The notes: generated from the sequence alone by a model not told the origin. A stretch of DNA of 64,000 nt from an uncultured Gemmatimonadaceae bacterium (GCA_963761305.1 CAVXGK010000002.1:1888001-1952000), one strand, 5' to 3'; numbered from the stretch's first letter, positions 20,962 to 30,436 are shown. Translations and numbers: made by a program.

Positions 20962-21045
20962 GATGATGATGCTGACGCTGTTGCTGTTGCCGATGCCGTC
21001 ACTGACGCTGACGCTGTTGCTGACGCCCAGAGTCTCAGACTCTGC
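20962..21045. repeat. Hexamer tandem repeat (GCTGAC/GCTGTT) followed by hairpin CAGAGTC-TCA-GACTCTG
   Basis: About 11 degenerate hexamers directly after the ADOP stop. Confidence 0.65.
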
Positions 21046-21168
21046 AACGATCGCTATCAGTCGACAGCGTTGGGTCCGACTAGTGAGCGGCTCACGGAGC
21101 TGAGCGTCGAACGGCGCACCGGCAGTCGTCGGTCTTCTGGCAGCTGACGACCGCCGCCGTTCCTCATC

Positions 21169-21534
21169 TCACGCCGACGTCGCCCCGAACTGCGCCGCCC
21201 CGTCCTTGCTCAGCAGCACCCATAGCGTGTACACGCCGAGGATCGTTCCCAACGGGAACCGGATCAGCGCGATCACGCCGAGCACGATGGTGAGGATTCT
21301 CGCCCACGGCGCTCGCGCCAGGAGCCCCCAACCGGCGACCACGTGCAGCACCGACGCGCCCCCCAACAACAGCGAGACAAAGGTGCCCGTGATCCCGACG
21401 ATGGCGCTGTTCGCGAAACTGCCCGCAAACGCCGCCCCGAACATCGTTCCGCCGAAAACCGTCAGCGCGACGAGCGTGCCGAAAATTCCGTAGACGATGT
21501 TCAGCCAAGCAAGGATCTTGATGTGCGTTGCCAT
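21169..21534 (-). CDS. Small membrane protein
   Basis: MATHIKILAWLNIVYG...PWARILTIVLG..FPLGTILGVY; GGAG RBS. Confidence 0.75.
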   Translation of the reverse strand: MATHIKILAWLNIVYGIFGTLVALTVFGGTMFGAAFAGSFANSAIVGITGTFVSLLLGGASVLHVVAGWGLLARAPWARILTIVLGVIALIRFPLGTILGVYTLWVLLSKDGAAQFGATSA

Positions 21535-21599
21535 GCGCCGCTCCGGTGGGAGAGAGAAACCGCACCCTTCGTCGCGGTCCAAACTACCGCCTCCCGGCG

Positions 21600-22316
21600 C
21601 TACATCCAGAACCCCCACTGCTGCGTAACGATCACAAACGCCGAAAGCGCGAGGTTGGTCGTGGCGTGGCAGAGCATCACGTCGCCAAGGGACCGCGTGC
21701 GGCGCATCCACAGGTTGTAGATGATCCCCGTGAGCAGCCCGACTTCCCAGAACGGCCCGTGCTCCGCGGCGAACAACCCCGCCGTTCCCCAGAATGCGAG
21801 CGGCGTGTACTGACCGAGCGGAATCCGCTCGAACTGCGGATCCTGGAGCCACCGCGGCAGCCACCCGCGCCAAAAAAGCTCCTCGAGTACCGGCACGAGG
21901 AGCGACGCGCGCGCGGTGCGCAACACCATCATCAGCGGCGTCAACTCGCGTGGATCGATCGACAGCGTCACTCGGCCCGTGATCCCGTTCTGAAACACGG
22001 CGTGTGAGCGCCAGCCGGGAATCAACAGGTCGGGCGCGACCCACAGCGCGCACACGCCCACACCGATCGCGACGCTCGCCGGCCAGTGCGGCGCCGACGT
22101 CGGAATGAGCCGCCGCGAGAACACCAGGATCGACGCCAGAATCACCAGATCGCGGACGATCTCCTTCGACGGATTCGCCAGCGGAATGTGCTTGTCGAGC
22201 ACCAGCCACGCTGCGAAAACGACGAACGGACCGACCCACGCCAGCGTCCCCCCCCCCGCGCCAGCGGGCGTCGCCGATCGAGGCGAGGCAGGAACCGCGG
22301 CGTCCGTGTGCGTCAT
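21600..22316 (-). CDS. CAAX prenyl protease-related (CPBP/Abi) membrane protease, resembling the exosortase/PEP-CTERM-associated type
   Basis: VPVLEELFWRG, FAAEH, HATTN motifs; N-terminal WVGPFVVF. Confidence 0.88.
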   Translation of the reverse strand: MTHTDAAVPASPRSATPAGAGGGTLAWVGPFVVFAAWLVLDKHIPLANPSKEIVRDLVILASILVFSRRLIPTSAPHWPASVAIGVGVCALWVAPDLLIPGWRSHAVFQNGITGRVTLSIDPRELTPLMMVLRTARASLLVPVLEELFWRGWLPRWLQDPQFERIPLGQYTPLAFWGTAGLFAAEHGPFWEVGLLTGIIYNLWMRRTRSLGDVMLCHATTNLALSAFVIVTQQWGFWM

Positions 22317-22368
22317 GGGCGCTGAGTATAGCACCGCTCGCGATCGTGCTGCACTATCATCCCTGCCG

Positions 22369-24276
22369 ATGCGCATTCGCTTTTTCCGGACGGCCATTCC
22401 GATCTTCGCGATCCTCGTCGGCGCGTGCCGTCGAGACCGAGCGTCGCCTCGCCACCCCCTCGACCCGCTCACGACGGGAGAGATCGGCCGCGTGCGCGCG
22501 GTGCTCGATCAGCGTGGATTGATCGGCGGTGCACGGCGCGTGAGCATCGTCGATCTCCTCGAGCCGCCCAAGGCCGACGTGTTGCGCGGAGCCGCCGCGC
22601 CGCGCAAGGCGTTCGTGGTCCTCTACGACGCGGCGCGGAACACGACGACCGAAGCGATCGTCAACGTCGACGACCGGACGCTCGAGACCACGCGCGACAT
22701 TCCGGGCGTCGAGCCTCGGATCGACGAGGTCGACGCCGACGCGGCGGAGTCGGTGACGCGTGCGAACGAGGCGTGGAAACGAGCGCTCGCCCGCCGCGGA
22801 CTCTCACCCCGCGACGTCACGGTGGACGCGTGGGCCGCGGGCAACTTCGGCGCCGAGGATCCGTCGCGCGGTCGCCTCGTCCGCGCGCTGACGTCGGTAC
22901 GAGCGGCATCGGCGAACGAGATGTCGCGTCCTGTCGAAGGGCTCGTCGTGCTCGTGGACGTCGCGGCGCGCCGGGTGCTCGACGTGCAGGACACGGGCGA
23001 CGCGCCGGTGCCGAGCGTCGCGAGCGAGCGCGACGCCTGGCAACCGCTCCCCCGCCCCACGACGCCGAGTCCACCCCCCGCGCCCGAAGACGACGGCGCC
23101 GTGCGCGGCGCCGACATCGGCGTCGAGGGGAACGCGGTGAGCTGGCGCCGCTGGCGATTCCACGCCGCCGTGCGGCCGCGTGAAGGGCTCGTGCTCTACG
23201 GCGTCGGCTTCGACGACGGCAGCGCGGTGCGCAGCGTGATCTATCGCGCGTCGTTGTCCGAGATGGTCGTGCCCTACGGCGATCCTTCGCCGGCCTGGTA
23301 TTTCAGAAACGCGTTCGACGTCGGAGAGCTCGGTGTCGGCGACGCCGTGTCGTCGCTGGTGCCGGGCGTCGATTGCCCGAGAGGCAGCCGCTTCCTCGAC
23401 GCGGCGTTCGCCGACCCGTCGGGGTCGCCGCGCCGCGTGGCGCGCGCGATCGCGCTCTACGAGCGTGACGGCGGCATCGCGTGGAAGCACGGGAACGCCG
23501 GCGCGCGCGCCTCGGAGCTCGTGGTGCTGTCGGTGAGCCGGCTGGGCAACTACGACTACGGATTCGAGTGGACGTTCCACGAGGACGGGACGATCTCGCA
23601 TCGCGCGCTGCTCACCGGCGTCATGGCGCCGAAGGCGGGGGCCGGCGACTCGCTCGCCGAAGCGGTGGCGACGGGCATCGCCGCGGTGAACCATCAGCAC
23701 TTCTTCAACTACCGGATCGATCTCGACGTGGACGGCGCGTCGCCGAATCGGGTCGAGGAGATCGAGACGCGGCCGCTCGACGCGGCGGCGAACGTCCACG
23801 GCGGCGCCTTCGCCCTTCATTCGAACGCACTGTCGACCGAGCGCGATGCCATCGGCTCTGGCGTCGGAGCAGGGGGCTGGCTCGTCACGAATTCCGTCCG
23901 CCGGAATAGCCTCGGCCGGCCGACGGGTTACGAGCTCGTTCCGGGCCAGGTCGTCGGGTCGCTCGCCGATTCAGCGAGCGCGATCCGCCATCGCGCCGGT
24001 TTCCTGGGCGCACCGCTCTGGGTGACACCCTACGCCGACTCCGAGCGTTGGTCGGCGGGCGACTATCCGAACCAGTCGCGCGGCGGCGACGGGCTTCCCG
24101 GCTGGACTCGGGCCAACCGTTCGGTTCGCGACGTCGACGTCGTGCTCTGGTATACGGTGGGCGTCACCCACAACCCCCGTCCGGAGGATTGGCCGGTGAT
24201 GCCGGTGCAGAGCGCGGGGTTCAGCCTCGTCCCGGTCGGGTTTTTCGATCGAAATCCAACGCTGGGTCCGCCGTAG
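22369..24276 (+). CDS. tynA: Copper-containing (TPQ) primary amine oxidase, predicted lipoprotein
   Basis: HPLDPL, SLSEMVVPYGD, FDVGE (catalytic Asp), GNYDY (TPQ Tyr), HQH, THNPRPEDWPVMP; lipobox LVGAC. Confidence 0.9.
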   Translation: MRIRFFRTAIPIFAILVGACRRDRASPRHPLDPLTTGEIGRVRAVLDQRGLIGGARRVSIVDLLEPPKADVLRGAAAPRKAFVVLYDAARNTTTEAIVNVDDRTLETTRDIPGVEPRIDEVDADAAESVTRANEAWKRALARRGLSPRDVTVDAWAAGNFGAEDPSRGRLVRALTSVRAASANEMSRPVEGLVVLVDVAARRVLDVQDTGDAPVPSVASERDAWQPLPRPTTPSPPPAPEDDGAVRGADIGVEGNAVSWRRWRFHAAVRPREGLVLYGVGFDDGSAVRSVIYRASLSEMVVPYGDPSPAWYFRNAFDVGELGVGDAVSSLVPGVDCPRGSRFLDAAFADPSGSPRRVARAIALYERDGGIAWKHGNAGARASELVVLSVSRLGNYDYGFEWTFHEDGTISHRALLTGVMAPKAGAGDSLAEAVATGIAAVNHQHFFNYRIDLDVDGASPNRVEEIETRPLDAAANVHGGAFALHSNALSTERDAIGSGVGAGGWLVTNSVRRNSLGRPTGYELVPGQVVGSLADSASAIRHRAGFLGAPLWVTPYADSERWSAGDYPNQSRGGDGLPGWTRANRSVRDVDVVLWYTVGVTHNPRPEDWPVMPVQSAGFSLVPVGFFDRNPTLGPP

Positions 24277-24321
24277 CGAGGTAGCAACGATTCGTTACAG
24301 TCCCGGGTCGACAGCGGCTGC

Positions 24322-24350
24322 TTGACGCCCGAACCTGACCCACGCATCCT
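24322..24350 (+). promoter_or_regulatory. Sigma70-like promoter for the PEP-CTERM pair (TTGACG-N17-CATCCT)
   Basis: Motif and spacing only. Confidence 0.4.
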
Positions 24351-24435
24351 CACATCGCAGCGACAACAAGCGGCCCCCACGGTGGGCCCGCTACGCGCGA
24401 AGCCGAGTTAAAGAAATTATCATTGGAGGGCGTGT

Positions 24436-24603
24436 ATGAAGAACGTCGCACAGGCGCTGGTACTGCTCGTCATCGCGGCGGTGCCCGCGTATGCCGGCGG
24501 CATCCCAATTACCACGACCCCAGAGCCCGCCACCATCGTGCTGGTCGCCACCGGAGCCGGCGTTATCGGCGTGGCCACCTGGCTTCGCCGCCGCAAGAAG
24601 TAA
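24436..24603 (+). CDS. Minimal PEP-CTERM protein 1 (55 aa)
   Basis: GGAGG RBS; MKNVAQALVLLVIAAVPAYA-GGIPITTT-PEPATIVLVATGAGVIGVATWLRRRKK; absent from ORF track. Confidence 0.9.
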   Translation: MKNVAQALVLLVIAAVPAYAGGIPITTTPEPATIVLVATGAGVIGVATWLRRRKK

Positions 24604-24640
24604 GGTCGTACTGTCGATCCATTCTCATTGGAGGGCCTGT

Positions 24641-24805
24641 ATGAAGAACGTCGCACAAGCGCTGGTCCTGCTCGTCATCGCCGCGGTGCCGGCATACGCG
24701 GGTATCAAGGTCACCACGACCCCGGAGCCTGCGACCATCGCGCTGGTCGCCACCGGAGCCGGCGTGATCGGCGTGGCCACCTGGTTTCGGCGCCGCAAGA
24801 AGTAA
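24641..24805 (+). CDS. Minimal PEP-CTERM protein 2 (54 aa)
   Basis: GGAGG RBS; MKNVAQALVLLVIAAVPAYA-GIKVTTT-PEPATIALVATGAGVIGVATWFRRRKK. Confidence 0.9.
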   Translation: MKNVAQALVLLVIAAVPAYAGIKVTTTPEPATIALVATGAGVIGVATWFRRRKK

Positions 24806-24827
24806 ATCGGACCGGAGTCGCTGAACC

Positions 24828-24872
24828 GAGACGGCCCGCCGACAATCGATCGCAGCGGGCCGTTTCTCATTC
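24828..24872 (+). terminator. Hairpin terminator between convergent genes
   Basis: GACGGCCCGC...GCGGGCCGTT followed by TCTCATT. Confidence 0.55.
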
Positions 24873-24902
24873 TGGTGGCGACCCGCGGCGCCTTCGCCAA
24901 CC

Positions 24903-25457
24903 TCAGAGTCCCGGCAGCCGCAGCGCCTCGGTGTTCGCCTCGAGGTCGAGCAGCTTTTTCTTTCGCCACAGACCGCCGCCGTATCCGGTCAACGAGCCAT
25001 CGGAGCCGATCACGCGGTGGCACGGAATCAGGATCGAGATGGGATTGTCGCCGTTGGCGCCGGCGACGGCGCGCACCGCGGTGGGTTGGCCCAGCGACGC
25101 CGCGAGCCGACCGTAGCTCGTCGTCGACCCTGATGGAATCCGCCGGAGCGCCGACCACACGCGCATCTGAAACGGCGTGCCGCGCGCGTCGAGCGGGATC
25201 GTGAACTCCTTCCGCTCGCCGCGAAAATACTCGGCCAGCTCGCGCCGGAGATCGCGCACGACGCGCGACTCGCCGCGCTCGAGCACGAAACCCGTCGCGC
25301 GCGACAGACGCGCCAACTGTGCGTCGAGCGTTCGCCGATGCGTGAACTCCAACAGAACGAGGTGCGTCTCCGTCGCGCCGGCGACCATCTCGCCGATCGG
25401 CGTGTCCACGTCGGCGAGCCCCGCGATCTGAGGCGACGAAGTCTTCACCGCACTCAT
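24903..25457 (-). CDS. ogt: Methylated-DNA--protein-cysteine methyltransferase
   Basis: GTPFQMRVW, TSYG.LA, NPISILIPCHRVIG, GYGGG. Confidence 0.93.
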   Translation of the reverse strand: MSAVKTSSPQIAGLADVDTPIGEMVAGATETHLVLLEFTHRRTLDAQLARLSRATGFVLERGESRVVRDLRRELAEYFRGERKEFTIPLDARGTPFQMRVWSALRRIPSGSTTSYGRLAASLGQPTAVRAVAGANGDNPISILIPCHRVIGSDGSLTGYGGGLWRKKKLLDLEANTEALRLPGL

Positions 25458-26017
25458 ACAGGCTCCATGGCGTGATGCGGCGGCGCGGGGAGCTCGACGA
25501 CGATCGGATCCCCCGACCGAACCGTGCCCCCCGAGACCACGACACTCATTACGCCGGCGCGCCGGACGATCTCGCCGGCGCCATTGCGCGTCGCGACCTG
25601 CGCGAGCAATCCGGACTGGAAGCGGTCGATCTGTACGCACGGCGTGCGGAGGCCTGTCAGCTCGATGACCGCCTTGTCCCCGATGTGCAGCCGAGCTCCG
25701 GTCGGCAGAGCGAGGAGCGGGATGCCACGCGTCGTGAGGTTCTCGCCAAGCTCGCCCGGCGCGACGAGAAATCCCGATTTCGCCAACTCGTCGAGCAGCT
25801 CCGCGTGAATGAGGTGGACCTGACGGAGGTTGGGGGTCGTGGGGTCGCGCACGACCCGCGATCGATGTTTGACCGTCGACCCACCGTGCGCGTCGCCTTC
25901 CACGCCGAAGCCCGCGATGAGGCGGACGTCGTCGTGGTTCGGTTTGGCGAACGAATGCGTCGCGCTACGGCTGACGGCGATGACGGTGCCGCGAAGCGAA
26001 ATGGCGGTGGTCGTCAT
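25454..26017 (-). CDS. MOSC-domain protein
   Basis: GVEGDAH, LRQVHLI, GENLTT, LRTPC. Confidence 0.9.
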   Translation of the reverse strand: MTTTAISLRGTVIAVSRSATHSFAKPNHDDVRLIAGFGVEGDAHGGSTVKHRSRVVRDPTTPNLRQVHLIHAELLDELAKSGFLVAPGELGENLTTRGIPLLALPTGARLHIGDKAVIELTGLRTPCVQIDRFQSGLLAQVATRNGAGEIVRRAGVMSVVVSGGTVRSGDPIVVELPAPPHHAMEPV

Positions 26018-26044
26018 TTCCTGCGTGGGTTCTCACAACGAAAG

Positions 26045-29000
26045 TTATTCGCGAGAAACGGACGTCGGTGGAATCTGTATCTCGGCTTCCCCCGCCTTTT
26101 TTCTCTTGGCATTCAAGGTCGCCAGGCCAGTGGTCCTGAGCGTCGCCCACCGCTTCATCACGACCGCGGCGTCCGCCTTGGCCTTCGCGACTGCGGCGAT
26201 CTGCGAAGCCGTCGGCGCGACTTCGGCGGCCTGCATCGCCATCGCGGCCGCCATTTGTGAATTTATGACTGTCTCGAGGTTCTGAGACTCCGGCGCCCCA
26301 CCCCCACCTCGGCCTCCACGACCGCCGCCGCCAAAACCGCCGCGTCCGCCACGACCGCCCACCGGTTGCGGCGGTGCGAGGGAATCCACGTCGCGCTTGA
26401 ACGCGGCGGCGTCCTCGCCGCTCGCGCCCTCGAGTTTCGCCGAGAGAGCGCGCGCCTGATCGTACGCCGCGTGCGCGGCGGCGGCACCGTTGTACATGTC
26501 GCGCGTCAACGTGGCGAGTTGGGTGAGCGCGACGGCCGGCGTCTTGACGCGCGGGTCGAGCCGGACGGTGATCGGCTGCGTGTACTGTTTTGCGTCGACA
26601 GTGAGTCGAACGGTGTATGCGCCAGGCGCGGCCCACGGCGATGCAACCGAGGGATACGTGTGGTGCGGGACCGCGCCTCCGGCTCCGCCACCGCCACCAC
26701 CACCTCCGCCCGCGCCGATCGGATCCAGCTTGAGATCCCACGAGAAACGATGAAATCCGGCGCGCGACGAGAGAACGATCGGCGGTGCGGGCCAATAGAG
26801 CGGCAGCGCGCAATCCGGTGCCGTCGGCGTGCGACGGCAGATCTGGTCGTACGCTTCCGGATCGAGCGCGGGATGCGGACTCATCACCGGGTCGGCGCTC
26901 GAGTAGTGACGAATCGTCTTCCCCGCGCCGTCGAGGATCTCGAGCGTCACGGGCGACGACGCGTCGGCGGCGAGGCTGTAGTCGATGATGCCGCCCGGCA
27001 TCGGATTCTCGCCCGCCGGCCATTCCGGCGGCCATGGCGTCGGGTCGTTCATGCCATATCGAACGCGCACCGCCGTACCCGGCTTGAACAGATATGCGCT
27101 CTTCGCGTCGTTCGCCGCGCGCGCCTCGGCGTCCTGCCGCAGCGGCGTGACGTCGTCGAGGATCCAGAAGCCGCGGCCGTGCGTCCCCGCGACGAGATCG
27201 GCGCAGAGACAGGTGCTGTCGTCCTTGAGCTCGAGGTCGCGCACCGAGATTGCCGGCATGTTGAACCGCAGCGAGCGCCAATGATCGCCGTCGTCGAACG
27301 ACACCCAGACCTGAACGTCCGTCGCAGCGTAGAGCAGACCTTTCTTTCGAGGATCCTCACGAATCGAGTTCGCCGCCGCGCCGCCCGCGATGCCGGTGTT
27401 GATCTCCGTCCACGTCTTGCCGCCGTCGTGCGTGCGCCAGAAATGCGGATTCGCGTCGTCGATGCGGAGGGTGTTCGCGGCCGCGTAAGCGGTCATGCCG
27501 TCGAAGTGACCCGCGTCGATGTTGAAGATGCGCGTCCACGGCTTGATCGCCGGCGGCGTCACGTTCTTCCACGTCGTGCCGCCGTCCGTCGTCACCGAGA
27601 TCACGCCGTCGTCGGTGCCCGTCCAGATCGTCTTGATGTCGCGCGGCGACGGCGAGAGCGCGGTGATGCTGCCCAGCGGCGCCGGCGCGACGACGCCCGA
27701 GTACTTCCCGGTGCTCGCCGGCGGCTCCCACGTCTGCCGCGTGAGATCGCCGCTGATGCGCGTCCAACTGTGCGCGTGGTCGACCGACTTGAACACGGCG
27801 TTCGACGCGTAGAACAGCGTCGCGTGATCGACCGGCGACCACTCGATCGGCATCGTGCGCACGTTGCGATTGAAATCCGCCCGCTGCTCGGCGCTCGGCC
27901 CTACCGCTGACGTCTGCCCCGTCTTCCGATTGTAGAGCGACACGCCCGTACGCTGGCTGCCGTACACCATGTCCGGATCCTTCGGATCGGGCGCCGCTTC
28001 GCCGTACTCCTGAATGTTCACCGGATGCCAGTCGTGGAACGTGATCTCGCCGTCGTTCCCTCGGCTGTCGACGCACGCCGAACCCGAATCCTGTTGTCCG
28101 CTGCAGACGCGATATGGGAAGCTGTTGTCGGTCGAGACGTGGTACATCGCCGCTGTCGGCTGCGTGTACCAGTTGCTCCACGACGCACCGCGATTCGCCG
28201 AGATGACCGCGCCTTGGTCCGAGACGACGAGCAGGATGTTCGGGTTGTTGGGGTTTACCCATGCCTTCTGGTAGTCGTCGCCGCCGGGCGCGCCGCGCAC
28301 GGCGGACCAGGTGACGCCGCCGTCTTCCGTGCGCCAGAACACGGTGGACGCGCTGTAGACGACGTTCTCGTTCTTCGAATCGACGGCGAGCGTTGGGAGA
28401 TCGCCGCCGCCGATGCGCGCCAGCGGCCGCGGATCCTGCTGCACGCCCCCGCCACCTCCACGCCCTCCGCCACGACCGCCGCCGCCGCCCGCGCTCAGCG
28501 CAGGGTTCACCACCGGCTGCCAGTGTTCGCCTGCGTCGGTCGATTTGTAGAAGTTCACCGTGCCCGTGACGTTGGCCGGACCTGCGCGACCGCCGCCCGC
28601 GCCGCCCCGTCCAGCCGCCGCCGGGAAATCACCGGCGATCGTTGCGTAGATCGTGCGAGAATTGCTCGGCGCGATCGCGAGGTTCGCCTGGAAGACCTGC
28701 GGCAGTCCTTCGGTGAGCGGTGTCCAGTGCGTGCCGCCGTCGATCGACTTGTAAATGCCGGTCCCCGAACCGCCGAAGCCGCCGCCTTCGATGAAGCTCT
28801 GCTGCTGCTGCCAGAGCGTGGCGTACACGATGTTGACGTTGGACGGGTCGATGCGCACGTCGTTGCCGCTCGTGTACTCATCCTTATATAGGACTTTCTC
28901 GAACGTCTTTCCGCCGTCGGTCGACCGAAAGATCCCCCGCTCGGCGTTCGGCCCGTAGGGATGCCCGAGCGCGGCGACAAAGAGCCGGTTCGGATTCGTC

Positions 29001-29497
29001 GGATCGACGTCGATCATCGCGATCATCTCGCTGTCGCGCAGCCCGAGGTGCGTCCAGGTCTTGCCGCCGTCGGTGGACTTGTACATGCCGTCGCCGATCG
29101 CGAGGTCGGGACGAATGATGCCCGCGCCGGTGCCGACGTAGATGACGTTGGGATCCGACGCCGCGACGCCGATCGCGCCGATCGATCCGGTCGGCTGGCT
29201 GTCGAACAGAGGCGTCCACGTCGATCCGTAGTCGGTCGACCGCCAGACTCCGCCGTTGTCGAATCCGGCGTAAAAGACATTGGGCTGCGACGGGACACCG
29301 GCCAGCGCGCGAGCGCGGCCGGCGCGCGTGGGTCCGATCGTTCGCCAGTGCAGCGGATACGAGTCGGACTGAGCGATGGCATTCGTGGCGAAGCTCGCGG
29401 CGATGATCGACGCGAGCGCGAATCGAACGGATCGAGTGGACACGGGATCGACGGGTCGAATGGTTGAATGCGTCGGCTCCAAAGTGATCGCGGTCAC
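26045..29497 (-). CDS. Secreted VPS10/BNR (Asp-box) repeat beta-propeller glycosyl hydrolase-like protein
   Basis: Many S/T-x-D-G-G-x-T-W Asp boxes, GTHGRGFWILDD; true start may lie slightly inside. Confidence 0.85.
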   Translation of the reverse strand: MTAITLEPTHSTIRPVDPVSTRSVRFALASIIAASFATNAIAQSDSYPLHWRTIGPTRAGRARALAGVPSQPNVFYAGFDNGGVWRSTDYGSTWTPLFDSQPTGSIGAIGVAASDPNVIYVGTGAGIIRPDLAIGDGMYKSTDGGKTWTHLGLRDSEMIAMIDVDPTNPNRLFVAALGHPYGPNAERGIFRSTDGGKTFEKVLYKDEYTSGNDVRIDPSNVNIVYATLWQQQQSFIEGGGFGGSGTGIYKSIDGGTHWTPLTEGLPQVFQANLAIAPSNSRTIYATIAGDFPAAAGRGGAGGGRAGPANVTGTVNFYKSTDAGEHWQPVVNPALSAGGGGGRGGGRGGGGGVQQDPRPLARIGGGDLPTLAVDSKNENVVYSASTVFWRTEDGGVTWSAVRGAPGGDDYQKAWVNPNNPNILLVVSDQGAVISANRGASWSNWYTQPTAAMYHVSTDNSFPYRVCSGQQDSGSACVDSRGNDGEITFHDWHPVNIQEYGEAAPDPKDPDMVYGSQRTGVSLYNRKTGQTSAVGPSAEQRADFNRNVRTMPIEWSPVDHATLFYASNAVFKSVDHAHSWTRISGDLTRQTWEPPASTGKYSGVVAPAPLGSITALSPSPRDIKTIWTGTDDGVISVTTDGGTTWKNVTPPAIKPWTRIFNIDAGHFDGMTAYAAANTLRIDDANPHFWRTHDGGKTWTEINTGIAGGAAANSIREDPRKKGLLYAATDVQVWVSFDDGDHWRSLRFNMPAISVRDLELKDDSTCLCADLVAGTHGRGFWILDDVTPLRQDAEARAANDAKSAYLFKPGTAVRVRYGMNDPTPWPPEWPAGENPMPGGIIDYSLAADASSPVTLEILDGAGKTIRHYSSADPVMSPHPALDPEAYDQICRRTPTAPDCALPLYWPAPPIVLSSRAGFHRFSWDLKLDPIGAGGGGGGGGGAGGAVPHHTYPSVASPWAAPGAYTVRLTVDAKQYTQPITVRLDPRVKTPAVALTQLATLTRDMYNGAAAAHAAYDQARALSAKLEGASGEDAAAFKRDVDSLAPPQPVGGRGGRGGFGGGGRGGRGGGGAPESQNLETVINSQMAAAMAMQAAEVAPTASQIAAVAKAKADAAVVMKRWATLRTTGLATLNAKRKKAGEAEIQIPPTSVSRE

Positions 29498-29618
29498 CGG
29501 CTCGACTCAAGGGGTGGCGCTGGTCAGTAAGGATCATGTAGCGCTGTGGCCCTGCCCCGTTCCCGCCGGGTATAGTTATGCCGTTCACCTTCTACACGAA
29601 TCCGAGAGAGGACCGACC

Positions 29619-30308
29619 ATGCGCCGCGCTTTCATCTCGACCCTGACCGCCGCCTTCGCGCTCGCGCCGTTGATCGGCGCCGCGCAGGGCCAAGCAATGG
29701 ACGCCTCCCGAGCTGTCGCCGGCGGCGGCATCTCCGTGCCGGGTTGGGCCGGCAAGGCCGACGGTACCGCCAGCGTGGAAACCGCGAAGCTCACGAAGGA
29801 CGGCGACGCCCTGCACGTCATCACGGGTCCTGCCGTCGCGTACTGGAACCCCGCCAACAAGGCGAGCGGCGACTATACCGTGAAGGCGACATTTACGGAA
29901 CCGCAATACATGAACTTGAACAGCCACGATCACCCGTACGGCATCGTGATCGCCGGCAACGACATGGGCACCGACCAGCAGACCTACCTCTACTGCGCCG
30001 CCTACGGCGACGGCCGGTTCATCGTGCGCGGCTTCGGGCCGGGCGCGTTCAAGATGAACGGTCCGGGCGAGGCCAACCCGGCGATCCACAAGGCCGCCGC
30101 GAAAGGTGACAAGATCACTCAGGACATCGCCATGTCCGTGAAGGGCGACCAGGTGACGTGCTCGATCAATGGCGCGGTCGTCGGCACGTACAACAAGGCC
30201 GATCTCGTCGGACCGGGAAAGCTCAAGTCTCTCGACGGCGTTTACGGCATCCGCTTCGCCCATAATACGGAAGGGATGGTGACGGGGCTCACAAAGACCA
30301 CGCCGTAA
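29619..30308 (+). CDS. Secreted hypothetical protein (beta-sandwich, ConA-like)
   Basis: GAGAGG RBS; signal peptide; beta-rich composition. Confidence 0.7.
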   Translation: MRRAFISTLTAAFALAPLIGAAQGQAMDASRAVAGGGISVPGWAGKADGTASVETAKLTKDGDALHVITGPAVAYWNPANKASGDYTVKATFTEPQYMNLNSHDHPYGIVIAGNDMGTDQQTYLYCAAYGDGRFIVRGFGPGAFKMNGPGEANPAIHKAAAKGDKITQDIAMSVKGDQVTCSINGAVVGTYNKADLVGPGKLKSLDGVYGIRFAHNTEGMVTGLTKTTP

Positions 30309-30436
30309 AGACGCGGCTCGCAGTTCCCGACATAGCGGCAAGACTTTCGATCGACGACGGGCGGCGACACTTTCGCCGCCCGTTGTCTTTCGTTTTAGTT
30401 CAGTTCCCTCCGTTCCATCTCCCTCCGCAACACGCC

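Noticed and set aside
24356..24420. c-di-GMP riboswitch upstream of the PEP-CTERM genes
   Set aside because: Lacks the GGCAAA/GAAA/GCAAAGC GEMM core
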